A stretch of DNA of 64,000 bases from a candidate division WWE3 bacterium UBA1401 (GTDB lineage: Bacteria; Patescibacteriota; WWE3; UBA101185; UBA10185). Position 1 is the first letter of the stretch. The number at the start of each line of letters is the position of its first letter. The stretch lies in contig DBQF01000001.1 in the NCBI GenBank assembly GCA_002305115.1, forward strand, positions 224,916-288,915, in the 5' to 3' direction. Of this stretch, positions 16,484 to 24,498 are shown piece by piece. The notes beneath the pieces are model-generated. The model ran no database searches, was not told the DNA's origin, and saw nothing but the letters and a program-made list of their open reading frames with translations. The position numbers and the translations under genes were made by a program.

Positions 16484-16513
16484 TTGACATTTTCACACTA
16501 TATTTTGCATAAT
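16484..16513 (+). promoter_or_regulatory. sigma70-like promoter for structured RNA 1
   Basis: TTGACA (16484-16489), 18-nt spacer, CATAAT (16508-16513). Confidence 0.4.
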
Positions 16514-16519
16514 TGATTT

Positions 16520-16706
16520 TAGGAGGTGGGCTCCCGCTCGCTTCGACTGGTTCGAGTTGATTGTTAGTATCCGCAAGGTCTAACACGGGAGCCCACTCTT
16601 AGAGACTACTATCCGCCCGGAAGTGCTGTTGGAAGAAAGTGACTAGTGTTCTGTTCATGCTTTGGCTAGTTCACTTGTCTTCCACACTTCCGGGCCCTTC
16701 CTTTTT
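16520..16706 (+). ncRNA. unclassified structured RNA 1 (~187 nt): branched 5' domain plus a long terminator hairpin
   Basis: Perfect 11-bp stem 16526-16536/16586-16596 encloses two sub-hairpins. A long imperfect hairpin at about 16615-16695 (outer 11 bp perfect) is followed by CCTTCCTTTTTT. No ORF. Confidence 0.45.
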
Positions 16707-16715
16707 TAAAATCTC

Positions 16716-16745
16716 TTGACTTACAACACCAAAATTTGCTATATA
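16716..16745 (+). promoter_or_regulatory. sigma70-like promoter for structured RNA 2
   Basis: TTGACT (16716-16721), 17-18 nt spacer, TATATA (16740-16745). Predicted TSS is at the base of the 16752 stem. Confidence 0.4.
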
Positions 16746-16751
16746 GTAACA

Positions 16752-16933
16752 AAGCCCTATAGGAAGTTATAGATTGGAGAAGCGACTTCAAACAGGACAA
16801 ACCTCACCTGTTTTTGAGTAACCGGGTTGGCAGTACTGAGGAAGCTAGTCTTCTTCCGAAGGGTTACTCTCATCAGGTGGGACTCCTAATACACACGAAG
16901 AGTGTGCTTCTCTAATCTCTTCCTGTAGGGCTT
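16752..16933 (+). ncRNA. 182-nt rod-shaped RNA with a large central bubble; candidate 6S RNA
   Basis: Nested stems: 16752-16766/16919-16933 (15 bp, one G-U); about 12 bp at 16772-16783/16906-16917; about 8 bp at 16803-16810/16874-16881; 8 bp at 16816-16823/16861-16868; then an apical hairpin. An asymmetric internal loop of about 16 and 20 nt lies between stems 2 and 3. Confidence 0.4.
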
Positions 16934-16959
16934 CCTCAAGGAGAGATCAATTCTATGTA

Positions 16960-17219
16960 GGAGGGGGAGACTGAGGGTGTGCTGAAACATCACATAAAAG
17001 TAAGCCGCCATCAAAGCAGTCTCCTTCTCCCACTCTTGCACTAAACCTCATACAATGCTAAAACGTATATAGCCTCAGAAATCTGGAATTACAAATTGGC
17101 TCACCGTCTAAACCCCTCCAATTTGTGATATCCAATTTCTATTTTTCGTTCTCCTATTTCTGCCCCAGCTATGCGCAGAGGTTTGTGTACCATAGTATGC
17201 AGCCTCTGCTCCTCTTTTT
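16960..17219 (+). ncRNA. further structured RNA modules (three hairpins, last is terminator-like)
   Basis: 14-bp stem 16960-16973/17017-17030 with two G-U pairs valid only on +. Hairpin 17085-17099/17118-17133 followed by a T-rich run. Hairpin 17175-17181/17203-17209 followed by TCCTCTTTTT. Confidence 0.35.
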
Positions 17220-17270
17220 ACATTTGATAAAATATACACATCTTAAAAAATTCTTCGAAAGGAAAATAGA

Positions 17271-17660
17271 ATGAATCCCTATGTAGCAAACATCCAAGAA
17301 GAAACCCTTGCCAACGAAAATTTCCGAAAAGTCTTATTTACCGCTCCCAACAGTCAACTAGTTGTTATGACCCTTCAACCTAATGAAGACATTGGTATGG
17401 AAGTTCACGGCAACATAGATCAATTTATTAGAATAGAAGAAGGTGAAGGTGTAGTAATTTTAGATGGGCAGGAAACCAAAGTTGAGGATGATTTTGCCAT
17501 AGTCATTCCTGCAGGTACTCAGCACAACTTAATTAACACATCTGCAGACAAGCCTCTAAAGCTATACACCATCTACTCGCCTCCGGAGCACAAAGAAGGC
17601 ACAGTTCATAGCACCAAACAAGAAGCTATGGCTGATGAATATGATCACTATTCAGCTTAA
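17271..17660 (+). CDS. cupin domain protein
   Basis: 'GMEVHGNIDQFIRIEEGEG...IPAGTQHNLIN' is the two-motif cupin signature. Confidence 0.8.
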   Translation: MNPYVANIQEETLANENFRKVLFTAPNSQLVVMTLQPNEDIGMEVHGNIDQFIRIEEGEGVVILDGQETKVEDDFAIVIPAGTQHNLINTSADKPLKLYTIYSPPEHKEGTVHSTKQEAMADEYDHYSA

Positions 17661-18846
17661 GCTTGTTAGGTAACGTTACCGTAAAAGTAGTGCCATAATT
17701 TAGTTTACTTTTTACCGAAATGTGACCGTGAAACTCGGTTTCAATAATCTCTTTGGTAATGCTTAGCCCAATACCCATATTGGTACCAGCTTTTGACGAA
17801 TAAAAAGGTTGCCAGATTTTATCTAGTTGTTCTAAAGGTATACCTGCCCCAAAGTCTTGTACGGTTAAGACCAGATTGTTCTTAAGTTTTTCCAGTCTTA
17901 CCATTACATTACTTTCATCTTGTTTGCAGGCTTGCACCGCATTAGCCATTAAATTGCTAACCGCTTGTGCGAACTTTGCGGGGCTGCCAAAAAGCTGCTC
18001 TGATGTTTTACTAACTATTTTTACGTTTTCAAATAAACTTGCTGCTTCTTTTAGTTCTTCCGTGGGTGAAAATAAAACATTTGTCTTTTGGTTTTTAAGC
18101 TGTGCGCGCACTTCCTCAATGTAGCTCTCCATAATTCTGGCGCTTCTTACTGCTTTTACTAAACTTTCCGGTTCCGCCGTTTCTTGTAAGTATTCCAGAT
18201 TGATAGTTAAATTGGTTAAGGGTGTTGCCAAATCATGCACTAAAGATGCAGTGGCTTTGCCATAATCTGCTAACTTATAGATAAATCTAGTCCTTTCTTT
18301 TACTTTTTGTTCAAGCAGCTCTTTTTCTTGTTGAAGTGCCCGTTCACTTCTTTGGGCGAGTCTTAGTGTTTCCCGTAGTTTTCTATTAGTAAGCCATGTG
18401 ATTATGAGAATTATGCCTAGTAGAAAAATAAAAGGTATGAAGTTAACAAGTGATTCTAGTTGGGCATTTTGCCGCGCAGGCGTTGATTGGCTTAATCCTA
18501 GTAAAAATAAACTACAAAAATAAATAGTACCGGTTTTTGGACTGATAATAACTCCAGTTATGAGTGCCAACAGGGCGATAGATAGTATACCCAGGTAAAA
18601 ATTGCCTGAACTGGTGATTAGTGTGTATACCGATGGAATAGAACACAGGAGGATTAGGTTTAGGAAGGCCAGTTTATGAAAGCCCAGTTTGGACAGGAAG
18701 TATAGGATCAGGAGGATTATTAGAATAATTGTTGCAAGTGGGAAGCTTATTACAGGGCTTATGTAGTTGAGGGAAGTTAAACAAATGGCGAACAGAATAA
18801 GGGAATTGGTGATAAATTCTTTTCGCCTGGGTTCAATGTTATGCAC
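17626..18846 (-). CDS. sensor histidine kinase (membrane)
   Basis: Multiple TM helices. HisKA 'LVHDLATPL'. HATPase 'DFGAGIP...GIGLSITKEI'. Confidence 0.85.
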   Translation of the reverse strand: MHNIEPRRKEFITNSLILFAICLTSLNYISPVISFPLATIILIILLILYFLSKLGFHKLAFLNLILLCSIPSVYTLITSSGNFYLGILSIALLALITGVIISPKTGTIYFCSLFLLGLSQSTPARQNAQLESLVNFIPFIFLLGIILIITWLTNRKLRETLRLAQRSERALQQEKELLEQKVKERTRFIYKLADYGKATASLVHDLATPLTNLTINLEYLQETAEPESLVKAVRSARIMESYIEEVRAQLKNQKTNVLFSPTEELKEAASLFENVKIVSKTSEQLFGSPAKFAQAVSNLMANAVQACKQDESNVMVRLEKLKNNLVLTVQDFGAGIPLEQLDKIWQPFYSSKAGTNMGIGLSITKEIIETEFHGHISVKSKLNYGTTFTVTLPNKLKLNSDHIHQP

Positions 18847-18934
18847 CTTGACTATTTAGTATAGGGTATGGTGGACTACGGGGCAAGGAGGGGGTAACCC
18901 GCCTACGTTCCATTACGGCGGGTAAACTACTATT

Positions 18935-19360
18935 GTGCACCTTATTATGTATAATTTTTCTATGGACAAAAAAAGAAATTTAAAAAATGGAAGTTTTTGG
19001 AAAAGTTTTAAGTGTGCTCTTAGGGGTATTTTTTCTTGTGACAAAGAGCGAAATCTAAAGATTCATTTAATTTTCTTTATGTTGGTTTTGTTTTTTGGTG
19101 TCTTTTTTAGTATTAGTGTTTTTGAGTGGCTGATTATTTTTGCGGTTTCCGGGTTGGTGATGGCTTTGGAGTTGGTGAATACATCAATTGAGGAGGTGTG
19201 CGATAGGTTGAGGGATGATTTGGGAATGTCTTATGAGGCTACGGCGAAGGCGAGGGATGTGGCAGCAGGTGCTGTACTTATTGCGGCGTTTTTTGCCGCA
19301 TGTTGTGGGCTTGTGATTTTTGTTCCACGCGGGGTGGGGTTTTTGGTAAGTTGTTTTTAA
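18935..19360 (+). CDS. dgkA: diacylglycerol/undecaprenol kinase (DgkA family)
   Basis: 'ERNLKIHL...ELVNTSIEEVCDRL...ARDVAAGAVL'. Start may be the ATG at 18962. Confidence 0.8.
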   Translation: MHLIMYNFSMDKKRNLKNGSFWKSFKCALRGIFSCDKERNLKIHLIFFMLVLFFGVFFSISVFEWLIIFAVSGLVMALELVNTSIEEVCDRLRDDLGMSYEATAKARDVAAGAVLIAAFFAACCGLVIFVPRGVGFLVSCF

Positions 19361-19366
19361 AAATGC

Positions 19367-19440
19367 GAAAAGCCCTGCGTTCTGAGTGTTGAAGATGGTC
19401 ATAGACCATTTCTCATCAGAAGCACAGGGCTTTTGTTAAC
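19367..19440 (+). terminator. rho-independent-type terminator after dgkA
   Basis: GAAAAGCCCTGCGTTCTGA (19367-19385) pairs with TCAGAAGCACAGGGCTTTT (19416-19434), with an inner ATGGTC/GACCAT stem, then TTTTGTT. Confidence 0.55.
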
Positions 19441-19558
19441 GGGCTGTATCTACAAGCTTGATGACATTTCTGTCACTTTAGCGAGATGCAGCCCGATAGA
19501 AGTGTGATAGCGCTGGCAGCGCGTATTTGGCTATTTAGCCAGCGCTGAAGACTGGGTT

Positions 19559-20734
19559 CTACTTGCCGTAAGGCTCTGGTGTGAGACCTATGGCAGACAT
19601 CCGGGTGGTGTCGACCAGTTGCAGGTCAACGAGATTCACACCCGGATTGATCCAAACCTTTGCGACCCAGAAGCGACCAGTTATCCTGGGGTTGTGCTCG
19701 TTGAGCACGGTTTGCTCCAGGATGACATAGTCATTCGGGCCGCTCCCCGTCCACATAATGACTCCCCGAGGGTTGTTGTCCCCGAACGGGTTCACCTGTG
19801 GAACAGGAACATATATGTAAACCCACATCCCCTCCTGCATACGCAGGAAGAACTGGGATGCAGGGCATTCCCGGGCATCGGCCGTGAAGAACCCGCCTTC
19901 CATCCACATACCTCCCTCAACAGGGATGAGCAGAGGTCTCGCGGAGAGACCCTCACCACCTTGGAGAAGGAGATTCAGCCACGTGTCTGTCCCGCTTTCG
20001 GGGACAATGGTTGGAGTGGCCGAGGGCGCGGGTGTAACCGTGCTGGTTGGTGTCCACGTCGGCGTTTCCGTTTGCGTCGGCGTTGACGTGAGCGTGGGCT
20101 CCGGCGTATTCGTACCCGTCGGCGTGATCAGCGGTATAGTCTGCGTCGGCGACGGGGTGGACGAAGGCGTGGCGGACGGGGCGGGCGTGTTGGTCATTGT
20201 CGGCGGAGGTGTCTCCGTCGGCGTGGAGCAATCCACAGACGAATCTGGAATTGCCCCGTGTGCGAATCCCTCCACCATCAGGACCTCACTCTCCCGGCGT
20301 CCCCCCGTTGGGAACAGGTATTCCTGGGGGTCTGCCTGGAACTCTTTAGGTAGGCACCTGTCGATTTCCGCGACCGTTACCTCGCCTTTTGGGAGTTCCG
20401 TTCCAGGGTCCCACACGAAGTTGAATCCGTAGACGCTTCCCCCAGTTATAACTTCTTGGGGGGTTAGCCCTACGTGCAGAAATCCTCTCTGCCGTAGAGA
20501 GAATCCCTGCGGAACCCGAATCCTGGTGACTTCCCAAATGAACTTGGGATATTCCCAGGTCCAGTGGAGATCAATTTCCACAGGGCGGCCTTCGTACTGT
20601 CCCCTGATGAAGATGATCCCCTCACCCGTGTTGTTTGCTTCTTCACGGGCGAACGCGGGGTTGGTGGAGGCCAGGGAGCCTGCCACCAAAACGACGATAG
20701 CCAGAACGACGAGCCAAAACTTGTTGCGCGACAT
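19559..20734 (-). CDS. secreted protein with Pro/Thr-rich linker; compositionally foreign (GC-rich)
   Basis: Start reassigned to the ATG at 20734 (GGAGGA 5 nt upstream). Signal peptide 'MSRNKFWLVVLAIVVLVAGSLASTNPAFA'. About 90-aa P/T/S linker. A sampled line is about 63% GC, against about 30% in the flanks. Confidence 0.7.
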   Translation of the reverse strand: MSRNKFWLVVLAIVVLVAGSLASTNPAFAREEANNTGEGIIFIRGQYEGRPVEIDLHWTWEYPKFIWEVTRIRVPQGFSLRQRGFLHVGLTPQEVITGGSVYGFNFVWDPGTELPKGEVTVAEIDRCLPKEFQADPQEYLFPTGGRRESEVLMVEGFAHGAIPDSSVDCSTPTETPPPTMTNTPAPSATPSSTPSPTQTIPLITPTGTNTPEPTLTSTPTQTETPTWTPTSTVTPAPSATPTIVPESGTDTWLNLLLQGGEGLSARPLLIPVEGGMWMEGGFFTADARECPASQFFLRMQEGMWVYIYVPVPQVNPFGDNNPRGVIMWTGSGPNDYVILEQTVLNEHNPRITGRFWVAKVWINPGVNLVDLQLVDTTRMSAIGLTPEPYGK

Positions 20735-20975
20735 GTTTCCTCCAATGTTGTTTTGAATATGCGAAAAGACTATGCCAATACCGCCCGAGGGACAAAAAAA
20801 AGACCAACTGTAACCATTTACAAATTGGCCTACAGTCCCTCTCCAAGAACTACGTCCATCATTAAAATCTATCGTAAAAGCCTTTGTTGTCAAAGTGCTA
20901 TGATGTAATTATACTTTAATATACCCTATAGGTCAAGTGGGGAAAAATTCATTATTACAATAAAAATTGGCAAAA

Positions 20976-21050
20976 CCTCACCCCCTTAATCCCCCTCTCC
21001 ATCAACTGCTGATGGAGAGGGGGACAGGGGGAGGGGGTTAGGAGGTGAGG
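20976..21050 (-). terminator. very GC-rich hairpin terminator after the 21038-22141 gene
   Basis: Perfect 14-bp stem CCCCCTCTCCATCA (20991-21004) / TGATGGAGAGGGGG (21010-21023). Outer CCTCACC/GGTGAGG pairing. On the minus strand it is followed by TTTTGCCAATTTTT. Confidence 0.6.
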
Positions 21051-22141
21051 TGTCTTAGGAGGGCGACAACATCCGGATCGCCTTGCACATCGCCGTCTTT
21101 CAACTCCAAGACCTCTCCGCCCTTTCTAAGCAAATTAACCACAATAAAATTCACCAAACTCTTATTATTCCCGTCCTTCCTTTCTTTCCTCACAAACACA
21201 TGCTCTACATGCCCGTAACTTGCTTCTTTAGCAATCTTTTCCAAATCATCTACAATAACCCTACTACTTCCCATTGCGTCATTAAGTTCTTCTACCCTTT
21301 TCTGCCGTTTGTTTTCAACAAACCCTTGTGCTACTTCCCAAGCCTGTTTTGCCAGCTGTGCATTGCTCGCCGTATGTGCGTCTATTTTTACAGACTCATC
21401 TGCTACATTTACATGCGAACTAATATCTTTATAAATGGGGTAATATTCGTCCAAACACGCCAGTATTAAAGGTGTTTCTTCATCTGTTATCACTTCTGTT
21501 ACTTTTTCATTTACTTCTATAAAGAACTCTCTGATATCTTCTTCTTTTGCGTCTTTAAACTCACCCTGGCCGTGAAACCGCAGTGGCGATTTTTTTGACC
21601 CAGTGGTATGAAACTGTAGCTGTTCCGGTACATTTATGAAATCAAAAAGTTCATTAATATTATTGGGAATAACGTGCTTGCCCACTTGTCTGCATGCCTT
21701 GTTAACGCATTGCAGAAGCCTTACATTTTTGAGATCAAGTGCCAGAACATAATAATCTATGTGGTCAAACATGTAGTTAACAAGTTGTGTTAGGTCAAAG
21801 TATTTGCCTATGTAACTTCTTTCTTCAACTGGTGTAGGTAATTGTATTATTTCTAAACTTTGGGGTGATACATAAAGCATTAAACCTTCCAGTTGTTGCT
21901 GCCAAAAGCTTTCATCTGTTTCTAGCCCCTCAAGTTTGGATAGCAAATCATGCTGTAAAGCTGTACTGGCTTCAAGTTCGGTTTTTACTTCTTTTATTTG
22001 ATTAGTGAGCCTGATTTTTGTCTGTTCCGTATTATCCCATTGTCTTTCTGATGGTAAACTCACACTAACTTTTATGACACTAGTATCTTGAGCTAGTTCT
22101 TTAAGTTCTGCGAGTAGATTTTTTTTGGTTAATAATTCCAA
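21038..22141 (-). CDS. hypothetical protein, possibly baeRF (bacterial archaeo-eukaryotic release-factor-like) family
   Basis: The N-terminal pattern 'VSVSLPSER...TKIRLTNQIKEV' resembles what I remember of baeRF families. Unverified. Confidence 0.35.
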   Translation of the reverse strand: MELLTKKNLLAELKELAQDTSVIKVSVSLPSERQWDNTEQTKIRLTNQIKEVKTELEASTALQHDLLSKLEGLETDESFWQQQLEGLMLYVSPQSLEIIQLPTPVEERSYIGKYFDLTQLVNYMFDHIDYYVLALDLKNVRLLQCVNKACRQVGKHVIPNNINELFDFINVPEQLQFHTTGSKKSPLRFHGQGEFKDAKEEDIREFFIEVNEKVTEVITDEETPLILACLDEYYPIYKDISSHVNVADESVKIDAHTASNAQLAKQAWEVAQGFVENKRQKRVEELNDAMGSSRVIVDDLEKIAKEASYGHVEHVFVRKERKDGNNKSLVNFIVVNLLRKGGEVLELKDGDVQGDPDVVALLRHLTS

Positions 22142-22190
22142 GTGGCTTTTACGCCCCCACTTCTTAAGTGAAGTGGGGGATTAATTTCTG

Positions 22191-22676
22191 TTAATAATTA
22201 GTTATTACGTCTCTGCGCATTGCGCTTATTAACATATCTATGTTTGCAACCGCATCTGCCGCGCTTTGCCTGATTTGTACTTCAAGTAATTCCATACGGG
22301 CATCCAGGTGTTGCACTTGTTCTGCCATTTTTCCTGTAGCATTAAAGTATGCTTCCTGCAGATCTTTACGCATACTCTGAATGTCTACAATAAGTTTCTC
22401 AATCTCCTCAAGTGTCAATTGTTCATCTATCACTCTTGCCCTTAAGCTTAGTAGCCTTGCTTCAAGCCTGGTACGTAAGGCCACCTGTTTCAAGCTTTCG
22501 GTAGGTTCCTCCTGCTCAGCTACTGCGCTTTGCATTGATTCCTGTGCCAAAGGCTCAAGTGTTGTCTTTTTTCTTTGATTGTATGCCAGTAGCGAAACAC
22601 CTAGCGCTACAGTTGCTAATACAATTGCTGTCCACGTTGCAATCTGTCCCTTTTGTTTTTGCACGAGTCTATTCAT
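22191..22676 (-). CDS. membrane-anchored coiled-coil protein
   Basis: One TM helix, then heptad-rich sequence. Confidence 0.5.
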   Translation of the reverse strand: MNRLVQKQKGQIATWTAIVLATVALGVSLLAYNQRKKTTLEPLAQESMQSAVAEQEEPTESLKQVALRTRLEARLLSLRARVIDEQLTLEEIEKLIVDIQSMRKDLQEAYFNATGKMAEQVQHLDARMELLEVQIRQSAADAVANIDMLISAMRRDVITNY

Positions 22677-22698
22677 ATGCTATCTCCCATTAACAAAG

Positions 22699-23106
22699 TT
22701 ATTTGTTAGAACTTGTTCCTGTATGGGATTTTGTTCTATCCACAATATTTCTTGCTTCAGGTTCCAATGCTCTTCCAAAAGCAAGCCCTAAAGCTATAGC
22801 TATTGTGAAAGTTAAGCCGTTAGCGATGGCGGCAAGTACCTGCTCTCCAATACCTAAGTAGTCTAGAATGACTAAGACCAATAATACCTTTGCTATGGGT
22901 ACCATGACCCGGATAATGATGTCTCTTAGTTTATCGTCGATATTCCATTTCTTGATATCCAGTTTCTTCAAGCCTTTTACTGCAAGGTCAATCAACCAAT
23001 TACCCAACCACCAGATGACAATAGCTACAATAATTAAGGGAATAGCGCTTAAGATACTGGAAATGAACGAGCCAATGCCTGATCCAATTGCATCTATAAT
23101 GTTCAT
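22699..23106 (-). CDS. small membrane protein with TM-helix repeats (mechanosensitive-channel N-terminal-like)
   Basis: Start moved to the ATG at 23106 (AAGGAGGTG upstream). Three predicted TM helices. Confidence 0.55.
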   Translation of the reverse strand: MNIIDAIGSGIGSFISSILSAIPLIIVAIVIWWLGNWLIDLAVKGLKKLDIKKWNIDDKLRDIIIRVMVPIAKVLLVLVILDYLGIGEQVLAAIANGLTFTIAIALGLAFGRALEPEARNIVDRTKSHTGTSSNK

Positions 23107-23134
23107 TAAATTCACCTCCTTAGATAAACAATTT

Positions 23135-23659
23135 TTATGGTTTGCTAATAGCAATATCCGCTACGCTGTTGCCGTTTTCTTCTTCCATAATTTCTTTAAT
23201 TCTTTCTGTATCGTTTTCTTTAGCAAGTACTCCTAGTAATGTTTCACCGTTTCTAACGCTTTCTTCATATTCATTAGCAAGCCTCTCATCTACACCAATT
23301 TCTTTTAGTGCGCCTACTAAGCCTCCAGCTAAAGCTCCGGTTAGCGCCCCGGAAGCTGTTACACCAAGTACCCCTGTAATACCTAGTGCGGCAACGATTG
23401 GGCCGGCAATAAAAAGTGCTCCTAAGCCTGGTATTGCTAGTACTCCCAAGCCTGCCAGTAAGCCTACCAGGCCGCCCGCTAACGCGCCCACTTTGGCACC
23501 CTGGCCAATATTCTGGGAAGCATCTGTCTCAATCTCTATGTTTTCTTCTTTGGTTATTACCGATACTTCTTCTGCTGTGTAATTTTTATCTTTCAGCTTT
23601 TCTAAAACACTATCTACATTTTCTGTGTTTTCAAAAGTTCCAAGTACCGTTCTTCTCAT
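23135..23659 (-). CDS. general-stress-type protein with a Gly-zipper membrane segment
   Basis: 'GTFENTENVDSVLEKLK' N-terminal domain plus a GxxxG-rich core. Paralogue of 32265-32828. Confidence 0.55.
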   Translation of the reverse strand: MRRTVLGTFENTENVDSVLEKLKDKNYTAEEVSVITKEENIEIETDASQNIGQGAKVGALAGGLVGLLAGLGVLAIPGLGALFIAGPIVAALGITGVLGVTASGALTGALAGGLVGALKEIGVDERLANEYEESVRNGETLLGVLAKENDTERIKEIMEEENGNSVADIAISKP

Positions 23660-23672
23660 GATGTTTTGCTCC

Positions 23673-23921
23673 TTACCTAATAAGTCTTACAACTAAAATA
23701 ATTACTATAGCTCCTAAGATAGCTACCAGGATGCTGTAGATGTTAAACCCGGTGATGCCTTCAAACCCCAATAAGTTCATTATGATACCGCCTACAAATG
23801 CCCCAATTATGCCCAAGATGATGTTTGCGAGAATGCCTTGCTGGTCATCATTTGTGCCCATAATTAAAGATGCCAGCCAGCCCACTAGGGCACCAAACAA
23901 GATCCACAAGATTATGCCCAT
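23673..23921 (-). CDS. GlsB/YeaQ/YmgE family stress-response membrane protein
   Basis: 'ILWILFGALVGWLASLIMG...GIIGAFVGGIIMN' family signature. Confidence 0.8.
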   Translation of the reverse strand: MGIILWILFGALVGWLASLIMGTNDDQQGILANIILGIIGAFVGGIIMNLLGFEGITGFNIYSILVAILGAIVIILVVRLIR

Positions 23922-24024
23922 GTAAAATTCACCTCTTTCTAGCTCTGCTAGCCAACTTTGTTGATAGAGTATAGGGAGGATGGTTAAAAGTGCCTTGAGA
24001 AAGATGTAAAAAGGTTATAAGAAT

Positions 24025-24056
24025 AACGACTGACTGCTAACTGCTAACTTCTGACT
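24025..24056. repeat. left inverted arm flanking the four-helix-bundle gene (TTAG/TCAG family)
   Basis: The reverse complement AGTCAGAAGTTAGCAGTTAGCAGTCAGTCGTT matches 24455-24486 at about 28/32. Two of the mismatches are G-U in + strand RNA. Confidence 0.75.
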
Positions 24057-24073
24057 GGAAGGTACAGTGAATA

Positions 24074-24460
24074 TTGCTAGATCTGGTAGACAATGGTACA
24101 ATCCATGTTGTGGTATTTCGATACAGAAATTTCAGTGTTTATAAGGATGCTCAGGAATTTCATAAAGAAATCCTGCAATTTACCAGAAAATTTCCTTACT
24201 ACCTTCAAGATCAAATTTGTAGAGCTTCCCTAAGCATTATTCTTAACATTGCTGAAGGTTCAGGTAAATCCACAGATAAAGATTTGGGTAATTTTTTACA
24301 AATATCACTGGGTTCTGTATCTGAAGTTATGGCATGTTTAGAAGTCGCAGCATTAAATAATCTTATAGACCAACCTACCTTTAATAAACTCTCACAAGAC
24401 TGTGAAAAACTCTCCAAACAGCTTGGAGGTTTCAGAAAACACCTGAAAACCACAAGTTAG
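24074..24460 (+). CDS. four-helix-bundle protein (23S rRNA intervening-sequence protein / Avd-like family)
   Basis: 'YRNFSVYKDAQEFHKEI...LQDQICRASLSIILNIAEGSGKST' is characteristic of this family. Confidence 0.8.
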   Translation: MLDLVDNGTIHVVVFRYRNFSVYKDAQEFHKEILQFTRKFPYYLQDQICRASLSIILNIAEGSGKSTDKDLGNFLQISLGSVSEVMACLEVAALNNLIDQPTFNKLSQDCEKLSKQLGGFRKHLKTTS

Positions 24461-24494
24461 AAGTTAGTAGTTAGCTGTCAGTCGTCAGCCGTTA
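24455..24494. repeat. right inverted arm flanking the four-helix-bundle gene
   Basis: AGTTAGAAGTTAGTAGTTAGCTGTCAGTCGTCAGCCGTTA. Overlaps the ORF stop. Confidence 0.75.
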
Positions 24495-24498
24495 ATTC

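Noticed and set aside
16520-17219. Structured RNAs as RNase P RNA, SRP RNA or tmRNA.
   Set aside because: No GAGGAAAGUCC/ACAGAA-type P4 strands were found. There is no GGAAGCAGCC-type SRP domain IV, and no tRNA-like GGGG...TTCGA...CCACCA ends with a tag ORF. The assignment therefore stays open, except for the tentative 6S call.
19619-20908. About ten overlapping ORFs of 60-180 aa on both strands inside the GC-rich gene.
   Set aside because: They are by-products of high GC, which makes stop codons rare. Only the 19559-20734 frame has an SD-preceded start, a signal peptide and a coherent domain/linker layout.
23142-23661. ORFs antisense or out of frame to the Gly/Ala-rich stress protein genes (also 32303-32747).
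   Set aside because: They are typical shadow ORFs of GC-skewed Gly/Ala-rich coding sequence. The sense frames have paralogous, recognisable architecture.
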